A stretch of DNA of 64,000 nt, taken from positions 192,001-256,000 of the forward strand of contig CM000432.1 of assembly GCA_000165345.1 (NCBI GenBank), written 5' to 3'. This document shows, in pieces, positions 22,801-34,196 of this stretch; positions within the stretch are counted from its first letter, which is position 1; every line of letters starts with the position of its first letter. The notes under the pieces were generated by a model. The model was not told where the DNA came from. It saw only the letters and a program-made list of their open reading frames with translations, and searched no databases. Made by a program: the position numbers and the translations under genes.

Positions 22801-25233
22801 GATATAATTATGAATCTAAAAAGAATGTTAAAAGGTGAGATGATGGTTCCAATGACTCCTTGGTATAAATCTTTCAAAGGAAAAATTTTCCCTATAAAAC
22901 AAAAATCTAAAAAGAATTCAGCAAGTAATGGGGGTGGAAATAATAATAGAAAAAAGACAGCAATCAATAGTTTTAATAATGGAAGCAATAGTAGTATTTT
23001 GATTGGATCACAAGTTGATGCTGAAGATGATGATCTTCAACAAATTCAAAGAACAAATAATATGGGAAATGGTATAATTGAAGAAACATTAGAGCTTGGA
23101 GCAAATTATGAAACTTTTGGGAATTGGTACAAAAAGAATGAAGAGACCCTAGTAATTACTGAACTCCCAGTTAGGAGATGGACACAAGATTATAAAGAAT
23201 GGTTAGAATCAACATTATTACCTGCTCCTAATGCAGATAATGATAATATTGAGAATTCATGGATAATTGATTATAGGGATAATTCATCTCACGAAAGTGT
23301 TCATATTACTGTTAGAATGAGACCAGAAAAATTACAACAAGCAGAAATGGAAGGTATAGAGAAGATTTTTAGATTAAAATCAACTTTATCAACAAGTAAT
23401 ATGACATTATTTGATCATAATAGTAGAATTGTAAGATATGAAACTGAATTAGATATTTTAAAAGAATTCATTCCTATAAGATTGGAAATGTACGAGAAAA
23501 GAAAGAATTACTTACTTTCAAAGTTAAATTATGAGAAATGTTTACTAGAACAAAAGATCTTATTTTTGAAATTAGTTATTCAAGGAGTTATTGGATTAAG
23601 TAATAAAAGCAAGGAAACCTTGGTTTCTGATCTAAAGAAGAATAATATTAAATCTATTAAACAAGTACAAGAATTAACTCAATGGGTAGGAGTAGGAGGA
23701 AGTAATTTAGCACAAAATAGTATTTCTGGAAGTGGAATTGGAGGAAATCCAAGCTTTGTTGATTCTGGTGATAATTCTATGGATTATATCAACTTTGAAA
23801 TGAATTCATTTGACTATTTAGAATCATCTCAACAAGATGGAATACTAGAAAGTACTAGTTATTCACGAGAAACTAACAAAGGAAATGAGCTAAAACTCTT
23901 TGATTACTTACTTTCTATGCCACTTTGGAGCTTGACAAAAGAAAAAATGGAACTTTTGGAGGCTGATTTAATTAAAAAGACTGAAGAATACGAAAAATTA
24001 TTAAAAACAAGTATTGAAGAGATTTGGAATACTGAGTTAGATGAGCTTCTTAAGGTTATTGAAGAGGAAGAGACACAAGATGAGTTGATTGAGGCTGAAC
24101 ATAATAGCTTGATACAAAAACGAAGACTTTCTGTAGATTGGAATGATTCAAAGAAAAAAAAGACAGGAGCTTCTAGAAAAAGAAAAAATGAAACAACAAA
24201 GAAACAAGAAAGTTTAAAAGTAAAGAATCCACAAAAATCAAATTTAAAGAAGACTAGTGCAAAACCTACAAAAAAAAGCAGAATTGATGATTCTGATGAA
24301 GAAGATGATTATATTGATGGAGATAATTACAGTGATGAAGATGATTATTATGATGATATTGGTGATGATTTCTATGGTTCTGATAACTCTAATGATTCTA
24401 ATGATCGAATTATACTAAATAATGAAGAATCAGAAAATGAGGAATTTGACAATCTCACAAGTGATTTAGATGATATCAGTGATGATGGTGGAGTAGGAAA
24501 TAAAGGAAAGCGTACTCAAAAGACTTTAGCTAATAAATCAAAAACAGATAATCAAGGAAAGACAAAATTGAATAATCTTAAAAAAGCAAAGAATACTTCT
24601 TCAGTTAAAAGTTCTTCAAAAGATAAGAAGCAGGGATTATTAAAGGTTCCAAAGAGTACTGGAGGTAATTCATTTGGTGGAATAGGTGGTGGTGTTGCTG
24701 GTACTGGTATTAGCAATACAAATAGTTCTAGTACTAGTAATAATACTTCCACCAAAAAGGAGAATATTGAAAGTTCCTCTTCAAAACCATTAGAATCCGT
24801 ATCTATGTTGCAAAGATTGCAACAAAGGACTAATCTAGTAAATAGCTTAAATCAAAGTTTGAATTCCTTATCTTCAAATCTGACAAAAGTTGCTTCTACA
24901 ACTAGTTCTTCCTCTTCAGGAGGGGTTCCTGCAACTAAGCAGACTAAGATTACAGACCTATTCAAAAGTAAAGATAGTGAAGATATTGAAAGTAGGACAG
25001 CGAAATCTGGAAGTCAGAAGAAACAGAACAGCCAAAATAGTGAAAATGAAATAATTTCCAGACCAAAAAGAGGTAAGAGAAAAACCATCATAGAAAGTGA
25101 GGAAGAAGAGGAAGATGGGGAAGAAGAGGAAGAAGAAGATGATGATGATGAAATTGAGGATCAAGAATCTGTTAGTAATATTTCTAGTGATTCTTTAAAA
25201 GAAAGTGACTTTAGTGAATATTCTGACTTTTAA
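19840..25233 (+). CDS. TOP2: DNA topoisomerase II (type IIA, eukaryotic) with low-complexity insertions and a long charged/Ser-rich C-terminal tail
   Basis: 1797 aa. It contains the GHKL ATPase, TOPRIM (LILTEGDSAKT...PLRGKLLNV) and DNA-cleavage core (YKGLGTS..., active-site AARYIFTKLS), plus Asn-rich inserts at about 20740-21060 and 22900-23000. Confidence 0.95.
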   Translation: MILEENQLENNELISNSKITSKPKMVNKSKKTVEERYQKKTQIEHILLRPDTYIGSTEFHEQALWVWDDSNMKMVYKTINYVPGLYKIFDEILVNAADVKAREISTKNNHIFEKCTCIKVEINREKKEITVFNDGEGIPIEIHREHQVYVPELIFGHLLTSDNYDDNEDRVTGGRNGFGAKLTNIFSKEFKVECGDNNTGRIFKMTWYDNMSKKSEENIKENYSGKSYVKITFKPDLSRFGNMKDFDDDIISLLNKRVYDISGTSGVKVYLNGSLIPIKDFKSYTLLYLKSRMNNTNNIENNNNNNNNNEKKTSTTRTLRNTNKKNMSKNNSYDDEFENYNVENEDEYDNNFEEDIMEDDEWDDEPKSSKKKNSNSNSKKKKLGQNGNGSSSSLILSGGGGSDTNSPLIIYESVPKWEIVISESDGGQFQHVSFVNSICTIKGGTHISYVLDPLINAILKKVQTKNKGGMDVKSNHVKNHIWIFIKCLIVNPSFDSQTKETLTTKVSKFGSVCTLSEKTINSVVKSSIVENVLMWAQLKQSMELKKKMKSNQKNTVTSRLLGIPKLEDANEAGGPHSKKCTLILTEGDSAKTSCLAGLSIVGRDYFGVFPLRGKLLNVREASFKQQIGNVEIQNILKILGLGIGQKYDNGPVNLRYGSLMLMTDQDHDGSHIKGLIINLIHYYWPSLIHFRGFLKQFVTPIVKAKKGSNEISFFTLYEYEQWRKNNSSNLNGWRFKYYKGLGTSTDLEFKEYFTKIENHSIEFDWMDDQDDEAIDMAFSKKRTEDRKNWIESYKEGTYVDYSINNQCRNLRYFDFIHKELVLFSRYDTTRSIPNLLDGLKPGQRKVLFATFKKKLNNELKVAQLAGYVAEHSAYHHGESSLQSTIVNMAQNFVGSNNLNLLEPCGQFGSRKEGGKDASAARYIFTKLSKWTRYIFPEADDPLLTYLYDDGQQIEPLYYVPIIPMILVNGTDGIGTGWSSSVPNYNPKDIIMNLKRMLKGEMMVPMTPWYKSFKGKIFPIKQKSKKNSASNGGGNNNRKKTAINSFNNGSNSSILIGSQVDAEDDDLQQIQRTNNMGNGIIEETLELGANYETFGNWYKKNEETLVITELPVRRWTQDYKEWLESTLLPAPNADNDNIENSWIIDYRDNSSHESVHITVRMRPEKLQQAEMEGIEKIFRLKSTLSTSNMTLFDHNSRIVRYETELDILKEFIPIRLEMYEKRKNYLLSKLNYEKCLLEQKILFLKLVIQGVIGLSNKSKETLVSDLKKNNIKSIKQVQELTQWVGVGGSNLAQNSISGSGIGGNPSFVDSGDNSMDYINFEMNSFDYLESSQQDGILESTSYSRETNKGNELKLFDYLLSMPLWSLTKEKMELLEADLIKKTEEYEKLLKTSIEEIWNTELDELLKVIEEEETQDELIEAEHNSLIQKRRLSVDWNDSKKKKTGASRKRKNETTKKQESLKVKNPQKSNLKKTSAKPTKKSRIDDSDEEDDYIDGDNYSDEDDYYDDIGDDFYGSDNSNDSNDRIILNNEESENEEFDNLTSDLDDISDDGGVGNKGKRTQKTLANKSKTDNQGKTKLNNLKKAKNTSSVKSSSKDKKQGLLKVPKSTGGNSFGGIGGGVAGTGISNTNSSSTSNNTSTKKENIESSSSKPLESVSMLQRLQQRTNLVNSLNQSLNSLSSNLTKVASTTSSSSSGGVPATKQTKITDLFKSKDSEDIESRTAKSGSQKKQNSQNSENEIISRPKRGKRKTIIESEEEEEDGEEEEEEDDDDEIEDQESVSNISSDSLKESDFSEYSDF

Positions 25234-25592
25234 AAAATTTATTTTATCAAGTTAAGAAGAAAAAATGAAATGGCGGGAAACACACAAATTACGTCTATAA
25301 AGCTAAAAAAATGGATAAAATTAAAGGAAACAAAGGAAGAGAAACAAAATTAAAAGGATAAAAAAGTAGAATATCAATATCAAGAGAAAAAACTTTGTGA
25401 GTTCTTTTTTCTTTTGATATTGATTTTGAAAGATATATATTTTATTGAGTTAGAAGAAAAGGAAATAAAATTGGAACAAGTCAATAGAGCTAGCAGATCT
25501 TAGAAGAATAAAGATAATTATAATAGATTTTGACATAAAGTTAGATTAAAAAAAAAGAATTAAGAAATTTAATATAAAAGGAGGAAATAAAG

Positions 25593-25826
25593 ATGTCAAG
25601 AGGAAATCAAAGAGATATTGATAGACAAAGAGCACAAAAGAGACAAGATAGAACAGCTCCAAAGACTGGAAAATCAATAATAGAACAAAAGGAGAAGATT
25701 TTGAGTATAGTTTGTAATATTTGTAAACAAACATTTATGTGTACTGCAAATAGACAAACCCTGGAGGTGCATGTTGATACAAAACATCCAAAGTTGGAAT
25801 TTTCTCAATGTTTTCCAAATAATTAA
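25593..25826 (+). CDS. ZNF706/SERF-like small protein (4F5 domain plus one C2H2-type zinc finger)
   Basis: 77 aa (MSRGNQRDIDRQRAQKRQ...CNICKQTFMCTANRQTLEVHVDTKHPK). This matches the 4F5 N-terminus and the single C-x2-C...H-x4-H finger of ZNF706. Confidence 0.7.
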   Translation: MSRGNQRDIDRQRAQKRQDRTAPKTGKSIIEQKEKILSIVCNICKQTFMCTANRQTLEVHVDTKHPKLEFSQCFPNN

Positions 25827-25883
25827 TTTTGCAGATAAAACAACAAAAACAATAAGATTCTTTAATAAAAGTTAATTCAAGAA

Positions 25884-27329
25884 TTAAAATATGGTAACAA
25901 TTGTAAAACTAGCGTATAATAGAGCAATAGGATAAGCAATAAGATATCTTTGGTGTTTGAGAGATACAGTATATTCAAAGAATCTTGAAGCAGTAATAGT
26001 ACTCCACATATTAAAGAATATGGCCATAATAATTCCAACTTTAGATCTAAGTGAAAATACAACAGAAATACCAGCAAGAATTACAATTGGGAGGAGTGAA
26101 TATCCAAGAATAGACATTGTAGTATATAAATCAATACTTTGGCTGCTGCTCATTATATTGAGTAAAATATAAGTTCCAATACAACTAAGAATTCCTATAC
26201 CATAAATATATCCAAAATGTATCTTCCCTGCTAATAGAAGGAAGAATCCAAGACATGCAATTAATAATATGGGTCCAGCCATATCCCATTCAATTTCATG
26301 ATTATTAGGTGATCCATCACTTTTCGTACATATATTATTATTTCCAGAGTATTCTTTGATGCTTTTGAACATAATTACACATTTTAAGTATCTTGCAATA
26401 TTTTCAGGGTCAATTCCAAGTTCTTCTAAAAGGGGAGGTTCATTCAGAATATCGTCATAATCATCATCATTTCCTCCTTGTTGAGTTGAAGCACCACCAT
26501 AACTAGATGAAGAAGATGATGATGAATTATCTTGCCCTGATGTCCATAAAAGGCCTGGATTAAGTAATTTTATGAGACTTGTCAAACTTGAATATGATGA
26601 TGTTTTACCTCCTTGCTGTATAGGATGATCCATTGAATTTGGAGAATTCCCAGTTGATGAAAATATACCATTTCCTGTTTGAATTCTGGAACTCCCATTT
26701 TGAGGAAATGGAGTTGACATTGGACCTAATGGAACATTTCCAAAGTTTCCTGAACCTACTACTTGGTTAAAGTCATCATTATTACCAGGTTTTCCTTGCA
26801 TTGCCATTTCCATCATTCCCTTTCCTCCTATGCTTGGTTCGCTTCTTCCTCCAAATTGATTATTTGATTCACTTATGTTGAATGGAGACTTCCTAGGAAT
26901 ATTATTATTCATTGAGGATGATGAGGGACTAAAGCTAAGTGAGGGAGGGTGATTGTAATGGTTATTACTATTATTATGATAATTATTATTGTTGTCACTT
27001 GTATAGTTAGAATTCGGTATTTGAGAAAGATTTCCTTTATTTGTCTTTGCTAAATTATAATTATAATTTGAGTAGTTTAAATTATTAAACATCTTATTGT
27101 TTCCAGATGATCCTGAGATTCCTACTCCAGTAGTAGTCCCACTTCCTCCCATTCCTACCAACGAGTTGATTTCATTTCCTCCTCCATCATTCTTAAGTTT
27201 ACTCATTGTATAAAATTGAAGAGAATTTGCATTTCTATCACCACTATTACTATCGTAATTATTATTAATTCCTCCAAATCCCACACTATTATTGTATGTA
27301 TTTCCAAAACCGTTTACCTGTTGTTCCAT
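25884..27329 (-). CDS. Yip1-domain family membrane protein (Rab-GTPase interacting, Golgi) with a long N/S/G-rich N-terminal region
   Basis: The C-terminal part has the Yip1 hallmark DEPPLLEELGID followed by about 5 hydrophobic helices. The track ORF begins at a non-ATG codon. The first in-frame ATG (MEQQVNGFG) is at 27327-27329. Confidence 0.75.
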   Translation of the reverse strand: MEQQVNGFGNTYNNSVGFGGINNNYDSNSGDRNANSLQFYTMSKLKNDGGGNEINSLVGMGGSGTTTGVGISGSSGNNKMFNNLNYSNYNYNLAKTNKGNLSQIPNSNYTSDNNNNYHNNSNNHYNHPPSLSFSPSSSSMNNNIPRKSPFNISESNNQFGGRSEPSIGGKGMMEMAMQGKPGNNDDFNQVVGSGNFGNVPLGPMSTPFPQNGSSRIQTGNGIFSSTGNSPNSMDHPIQQGGKTSSYSSLTSLIKLLNPGLLWTSGQDNSSSSSSSSYGGASTQQGGNDDDYDDILNEPPLLEELGIDPENIARYLKCVIMFKSIKEYSGNNNICTKSDGSPNNHEIEWDMAGPILLIACLGFFLLLAGKIHFGYIYGIGILSCIGTYILLNIMSSSQSIDLYTTMSILGYSLLPIVILAGISVVFSLRSKVGIIMAIFFNMWSTITASRFFEYTVSLKHQRYLIAYPIALLYASFTIVTIF

Positions 27330-28195
27330 ATTTTTCAGATCCAGAAAAATTACCTTAATCAAGTGATTGTAAATACCTTAATATATTTCTCTTAGACTCT
27401 GTAAAACAAGTTTTAAAGATCTTTTATTATTTTATATTTTTAGTTATTTTTTCTAATTCAAACCTTTATACAATTTTTATGCCACAAGAATTCCCGCCAA
27501 AATTTTATTTATTAATTTATTTTAATTTTATACTTAATTACTCCAGGATTTATCTGTAGAAATGTGTGTGAGGCGAATAATATGGTCAGAAAAAGAACAA
27601 GTTCATTTAATAAATTCAATACCTTACAAAAACTTTTAATCTTAATCAAAATAAATTTGTTATATGAATATATATATATATATATATATATGATATAATA
27701 TAAATACGTATGCCCTGTATCTATTTTCTATTATTGCATTTTTATTTTTATAATTTAATTCTAAAAATGGGAAGCCCGCCATTTTCTAATTTATATTGCA
27801 TATTTATTTGTATTTGGAAGCCTATAAAAGAAAGGAAAACTAGATGAAAAGGAGGAATGAGAATTTAATGTAGTAATAAGAAGACAATGTGAAAATAAGA
27901 AAATAGTACAATAATGGGAGGAAATTATGTAAAATAAAAAGTGGGGAAAGAAAATTTAGGCTGTTATCAAAAAAAAAGAAAAATAGTCAAATATTTCCTA
28001 CTCTTATATTAGAGATTAAGGGTAGGAGAAGTTAAAAAAAAATGAAAAACAGAAAATAGGTGAAAGTTAAAAAGAGGAAGAAATGTAATTAGAATTTGGA
28101 TTTGAATATTTAAGAAAAATTTCACGATTTTCTTATATCCGAAAAAAAAGTTGATTAGTAAAGGTATCGCATTATACCGGTAAATAGGCGCGTTG

Positions 28196-28218
28196 AATTT
28201 GCCGCCAAAGTGCATGCA
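28196..28218. promoter_or_regulatory. AATTTGCCGCCAAAG followed by TGCATGCA between the YIP1 5' end and the UAP1 3' end
   Basis: An E2F-like motif directly abutting GCATGCA. It is preceded by TATACCGGTAAATAGGCGCG. Confidence 0.4.
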
Positions 28219-28313
28219 TTTATGGAAATAAAATGGCCAAGTATAAAATAGAAAACAAAAAAAATAACGAAAGAATAAAATAAGAAATATTTTATAGTTT
28301 TTAAAACTATTAT

Positions 28314-30125
<1,812 letters not shown>

Positions 30126-30224
30126 TTTTACGTTCTTTTTTTTTTTAATTTCTCACTTCCTACCCTATTTTCTAAATTTAAGTCTTTTGTATACAAAAGC
30201 ACCACAAATCCTCTTTCTTTCTAA

Positions 30225-30420
30225 TATATATATTCTCTCTTTCTATATATTTATCTCTTTCTTTCATTAATTCTATATCTATTTCAGTTCCTATATACCT
30301 CTCTTTCTATTTATCTCTCTTTCTATTTATCTCTCTTTCTATTTATCTCTCTTTCTTTTCTTTCATTAATTCTATATCTACTTCTCTTTCTATATACCTC
30401 TATTTCTCTCTCTTATACCA
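30225..30420. repeat. pyrimidine (CT)-rich compound tandem repeat (ctctctttctatttat x4, plus a duplicated ctttctttcattaattctatatcta unit)
   Basis: Directly visible repetition in the UAP1 / CstF-50 intergenic region. Confidence 0.85.
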
Positions 30421-30459
30421 ATAATATTTTCCATGCTCATTTTTAAGATCACGCACATA

Positions 30460-30487
30460 GCGGCGCCGGCGGGAAAATCCGGTACCC
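30460..30487. promoter_or_regulatory. GC cluster GCGGCGCCGGCGGGAAAATCCGGTACCC in the divergent UAP1 / CstF-50 promoter region
   Basis: An E2F-like GGCGGGAAAA fused to ATCCGGTACCC. The same composite recurs at 34197-34233 and in part at 54194-54219. Confidence 0.45.
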
Positions 30488-30764
30488 ATTAATTTATAGT
30501 AAAATTAAGGATGAAAAAAAATAGAAAGTTAGAATAATAATAGTATTTCCTGATCTTTTCTTATTAAAAACTTTCTAAAATAAATAAATCAACAATCTGA
30601 ACATTTATAGTGATTGAAGAAATATTTTGGGAAAGTGATAAGTTGATCAGAAACACTTAACACATATATAATATATATTTTCAAAGTTTTAAAAAAAAAA
30701 AAAAAAACACTTTTTGATTCATCCATTTTTTTCAAATCCCTTAAATTCATATGATAATAATAAG

Positions 30765-32978
30765 ATGAATAATAATGATAATACAAAAATGATACCAATG
30801 AGTGATAGTATGGAAGATCATCTCAGTGTTATGCCAATCAATACAGATGAATCATCTTCTGGCAATAACATTAATACAAATATTTATGGTGAAAATAAAC
30901 TTAATATTACAAAAACAAATGAGCTTGGCTCTTCAACTATTAAAGAATACCTTGAATTTGAACCACTAAAAATTAGTCTATATGAATTAATTATGAGACA
31001 ATTAATGGATGATGGATTAATTGAAGTAGCACAGTTACTACATATTAAAACAAAAACATCAATACCAATACATATTAATAAAAATTGCCTCTATAATCTT
31101 TATAAGACTGTTACATATCTTCCAATGGATTTAAGACAAGGAAATCATGAAAATCATGAAAATAATGATCTTTTAGAATTAAAAAGTACTAATTACGTTA
31201 AAAGAATTGAATCTGTGTTACCACATCTTGAGAATTTAACAAAACAATGGATACCTATTCGACCAAAATCCAGATTTCTGTATTATTATAAAAAGAAAGG
31301 TAATTATTCAAATGCTATAATGAAATCATATCCTTTAATTAATATTAATGATAAAATTACAAATACAAAACATCATATTTCTGATGATTTATCTAATCAT
31401 CATGTTACTCCTATAACTGAAAATGATCAGAATAATCCAATTATTAATGATGAACATGAAAATCAAAAATCAAAAGAAAAACCTTGCAAAGAATTTTATT
31501 TCCTTGAAAACTTATCAAAAATCAAATTACAAGATTCTTGGAATACTATTCCAAATATTTCTGTCAATTTTAGAGGAAATAGTGTCTTATCTAATCATAG
31601 ACCATACTGTAGAGCTTTAGCTGTAAATCCTAATGGAGGATATATTGCTACAGGAGGAGCTGATGGTATTGTAAAAATTGTTCCTGCACCTTCACAAGGT
31701 ATTAATGGTACTTTTAATTCATCTATTTTTGGAATTGGTACTAATTCTAGTCTATCATCACAACAAAAAACATTTACTGAAAGTAAAGGTATTATTACAT
31801 CCCTAGAGTACCGAATTAGAAAAGATATACTCATTTCTGGAGATACTGATTCTACTTTAATTATATATGATGTTAAAGGTATTTCTGGTGGTAATTCTGG
31901 AGATATGGATGAAATTACACCAAATATTACTAATATTAATAATAACAATCAATCCAGAATTTCAAAAAAACCAATACAAAATATTCGTGAAAGTTCTCCA
32001 ATTAACTGTATACAAATGCATCCTTTAGATGATCACTTTTTTGTTGGTACTCAAGATCCAATCTTAAGATTATACGATATTCATACAAATGACTCATTTA
32101 CATCATCACATCCTATTCATCAACATTGTTCTGCTATTAATGATATTAAAATTTCTCAAGATGGATCAATTGTATGTACCTGTAGTGAAGATGGTACTAT
32201 CAAATTCTGGGATTCTGTTAATTTATCTTGTATTAATACTATTTATGGATCTCATAGTGGATTTCCAGTACATTCTTTATCATTTTCTTTATCTCAAAAA
32301 TATTTAATATCTTCAGGAGGAGATGGTATTGCTAGATTATGGGATCTTAGAATGGGAAGAGAATTAGTCAAGTATTCATCAGGATTAAGAAGTTCTTGTC
32401 ATTCAAAAGTATCGTTTTTGATTGATGAAAGATATACTATTCTTTCTGCAATTGATGATACTGGTTCATCTTATAGTAATATAATGAATAATGTTTCAAA
32501 TTTAATGGATGATCATAACTTAGGATTAGATAAAAATTCGGATTTAAGTAAAGATCATTCAATGTTAATTCAAAATAGGGATGAATTATTAGATCCTTTA
32601 TCTACAAATATTGGATTAAGAGTAAATAATAAATCAAACTTATTTAACTCAAAAATGGTCAATGATATGTTAAAATCAAGAAACTTTAAAATATTGGATC
32701 GTCAAATTAAACAGAATCCTATTGGTGATCTTTTAATATTTAATACTTTATCAGGAAATCTAATTGGGACAGTAGAAGGAATTCATGATGCTCCTATAAT
32801 GAACTTTGAACTTTTATATAATAATAATCTAAATGGTAATATAAATGGAAACAATGTATCAACAAGTAATAATAATCAAAATAATCTTCCATGTTCAATT
32901 TCAGATTGTTCATTAGTAACAGTAAGTGATGATGGGAAATGTAGAATCTTAGACTTGAATTATTCAAGTTTATTATAA
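30765..32978 (+). CDS. CSTF1: cleavage stimulation factor 50 kDa subunit (CstF-50/CSTF1) homologue, WD40
   Basis: The dimerisation-helix motif LYELIMRQLMDDGLIEVAQLL corresponds to QLYKLIISQLLYDGY in CstF-50. WD40 blades follow, with characteristic segments HRPYCRALAVNPNGGYIATGGADGIVKI, FVGTQDPILRLYDIHT, CTCSEDGTIKFWD and LISSGGDGIARLWDLRMGRELVKY. The track ORF starts at a TTG at 30714. The first ATG is at 30765. Confidence 0.8.
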   Translation: MNNNDNTKMIPMSDSMEDHLSVMPINTDESSSGNNINTNIYGENKLNITKTNELGSSTIKEYLEFEPLKISLYELIMRQLMDDGLIEVAQLLHIKTKTSIPIHINKNCLYNLYKTVTYLPMDLRQGNHENHENNDLLELKSTNYVKRIESVLPHLENLTKQWIPIRPKSRFLYYYKKKGNYSNAIMKSYPLININDKITNTKHHISDDLSNHHVTPITENDQNNPIINDEHENQKSKEKPCKEFYFLENLSKIKLQDSWNTIPNISVNFRGNSVLSNHRPYCRALAVNPNGGYIATGGADGIVKIVPAPSQGINGTFNSSIFGIGTNSSLSSQQKTFTESKGIITSLEYRIRKDILISGDTDSTLIIYDVKGISGGNSGDMDEITPNITNINNNNQSRISKKPIQNIRESSPINCIQMHPLDDHFFVGTQDPILRLYDIHTNDSFTSSHPIHQHCSAINDIKISQDGSIVCTCSEDGTIKFWDSVNLSCINTIYGSHSGFPVHSLSFSLSQKYLISSGGDGIARLWDLRMGRELVKYSSGLRSSCHSKVSFLIDERYTILSAIDDTGSSYSNIMNNVSNLMDDHNLGLDKNSDLSKDHSMLIQNRDELLDPLSTNIGLRVNNKSNLFNSKMVNDMLKSRNFKILDRQIKQNPIGDLLIFNTLSGNLIGTVEGIHDAPIMNFELLYNNNLNGNINGNNVSTSNNNQNNLPCSISDCSLVTVSDDGKCRILDLNYSSLL

Positions 32979-33069
32979 TAGAAGATATATAAATGTAATA
33001 TAGTATTAGATTAATTCCTAGTATATATTGGAAATTATATATTTAATATATAATTGAATTTTCTAATAA

Positions 33070-34047
33070 CTAGGTTATTCTTGAAAGACTTTGTTTACTA
33101 TTACCTTTGTAAGAATAAGAATCTCTTAGCTGATTATCAAAAAGTATATCACTTTTATTTAATCTTCTTAGAGCATTTTTAACAAGGGGGGACTTCATAA
33201 GTAAATTTTTAGAAGTCTTTTTGTTATCAAGAAATATAGGATTTAAGTTTTGAGCTTTATCGAGATGAATTTGTTTTCTTTTGGTTTGTATTTCTTTAAG
33301 AAGAAGCATTCTTTCATCTTTTTCAAAATCATCCATGTAATTATATCTTGTATTACTAGGATTAATAAGCTTTTCTCTATCTTGAGGAGTATTAACTTCT
33401 TTTTTTAGTTGATTATGATGATTGTGATTTGGAAACATAAAGTTACTTCTAGATTGACTTTTATTGAATATAAGTGATTTTTCATCAAAATCATTAATTT
33501 GATTAGAATTCTTTTGATTCATTTGAATGATGTTCATTTCTCTTTTAAGATTATGATTGAAGCTTTGGTGTTCTATCCAACTTTCCTTTTCTCTTCTTTG
33601 AATTAAATCTTGATTAGTCAAAGCTAAAAGATCTAAATGGCCTTTATGAGTATATTTAGATTGAAATTGAGTGATATTTGGTAACTTTTTACAGACTAAT
33701 AAATCTTTATTACTTTCATAATCTTCAATATGAGGAAAATCATTCATATTTAAGGTACCTGGAGGATTATTAATAATTGACTTAATACTTTCATGATCAT
33801 CTTTATTTTTATTCATATAATCTAGATCTGGATAATAATCTTGGCAAATTATTTGACTAAGGTTATTTTCATACTTGGTTTGATCAAGCTGTTTTTTTCT
33901 ATTCGTTTTTATCTGGTAAGGATTCTCTAATTCAGTTGCTCTTCTTAATCTTTCTAAAACATCACCTTGTATTTTCTGAAGCGCTCTTTCATTAGTATTA
34001 TATTTTCGAATAGACTTTCTTAACGCTAGTTCTTCATCTTTACTCAT
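33070..34047 (-). CDS. ESS2/DGCR14 (Es2) family nuclear/splicing-associated protein, tentative
   Basis: 325 aa. The N-terminal segment LENPYQ...LSQIICQDYYPDLDYMN resembles the conserved Es2 motif (..IQRDFFPDVEKL..). The remainder is low-complexity and basic. Confidence 0.5.
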   Translation of the reverse strand: MSKDEELALRKSIRKYNTNERALQKIQGDVLERLRRATELENPYQIKTNRKKQLDQTKYENNLSQIICQDYYPDLDYMNKNKDDHESIKSIINNPPGTLNMNDFPHIEDYESNKDLLVCKKLPNITQFQSKYTHKGHLDLLALTNQDLIQRREKESWIEHQSFNHNLKREMNIIQMNQKNSNQINDFDEKSLIFNKSQSRSNFMFPNHNHHNQLKKEVNTPQDREKLINPSNTRYNYMDDFEKDERMLLLKEIQTKRKQIHLDKAQNLNPIFLDNKKTSKNLLMKSPLVKNALRRLNKSDILFDNQLRDSYSYKGNSKQSLSRIT

Positions 34048-34196
34048 TAATTAAACTTTGTTATATATAGAATAATGTTGTTTATATTTATATATATATG
34101 AATATATGGACATTAATGTTTTTACAATTTTTTTTTGTATTTTCAAATTTTTTTTTTCGATCTAATTAATATACTTGCTAAAAAAAATTCGGAGAT

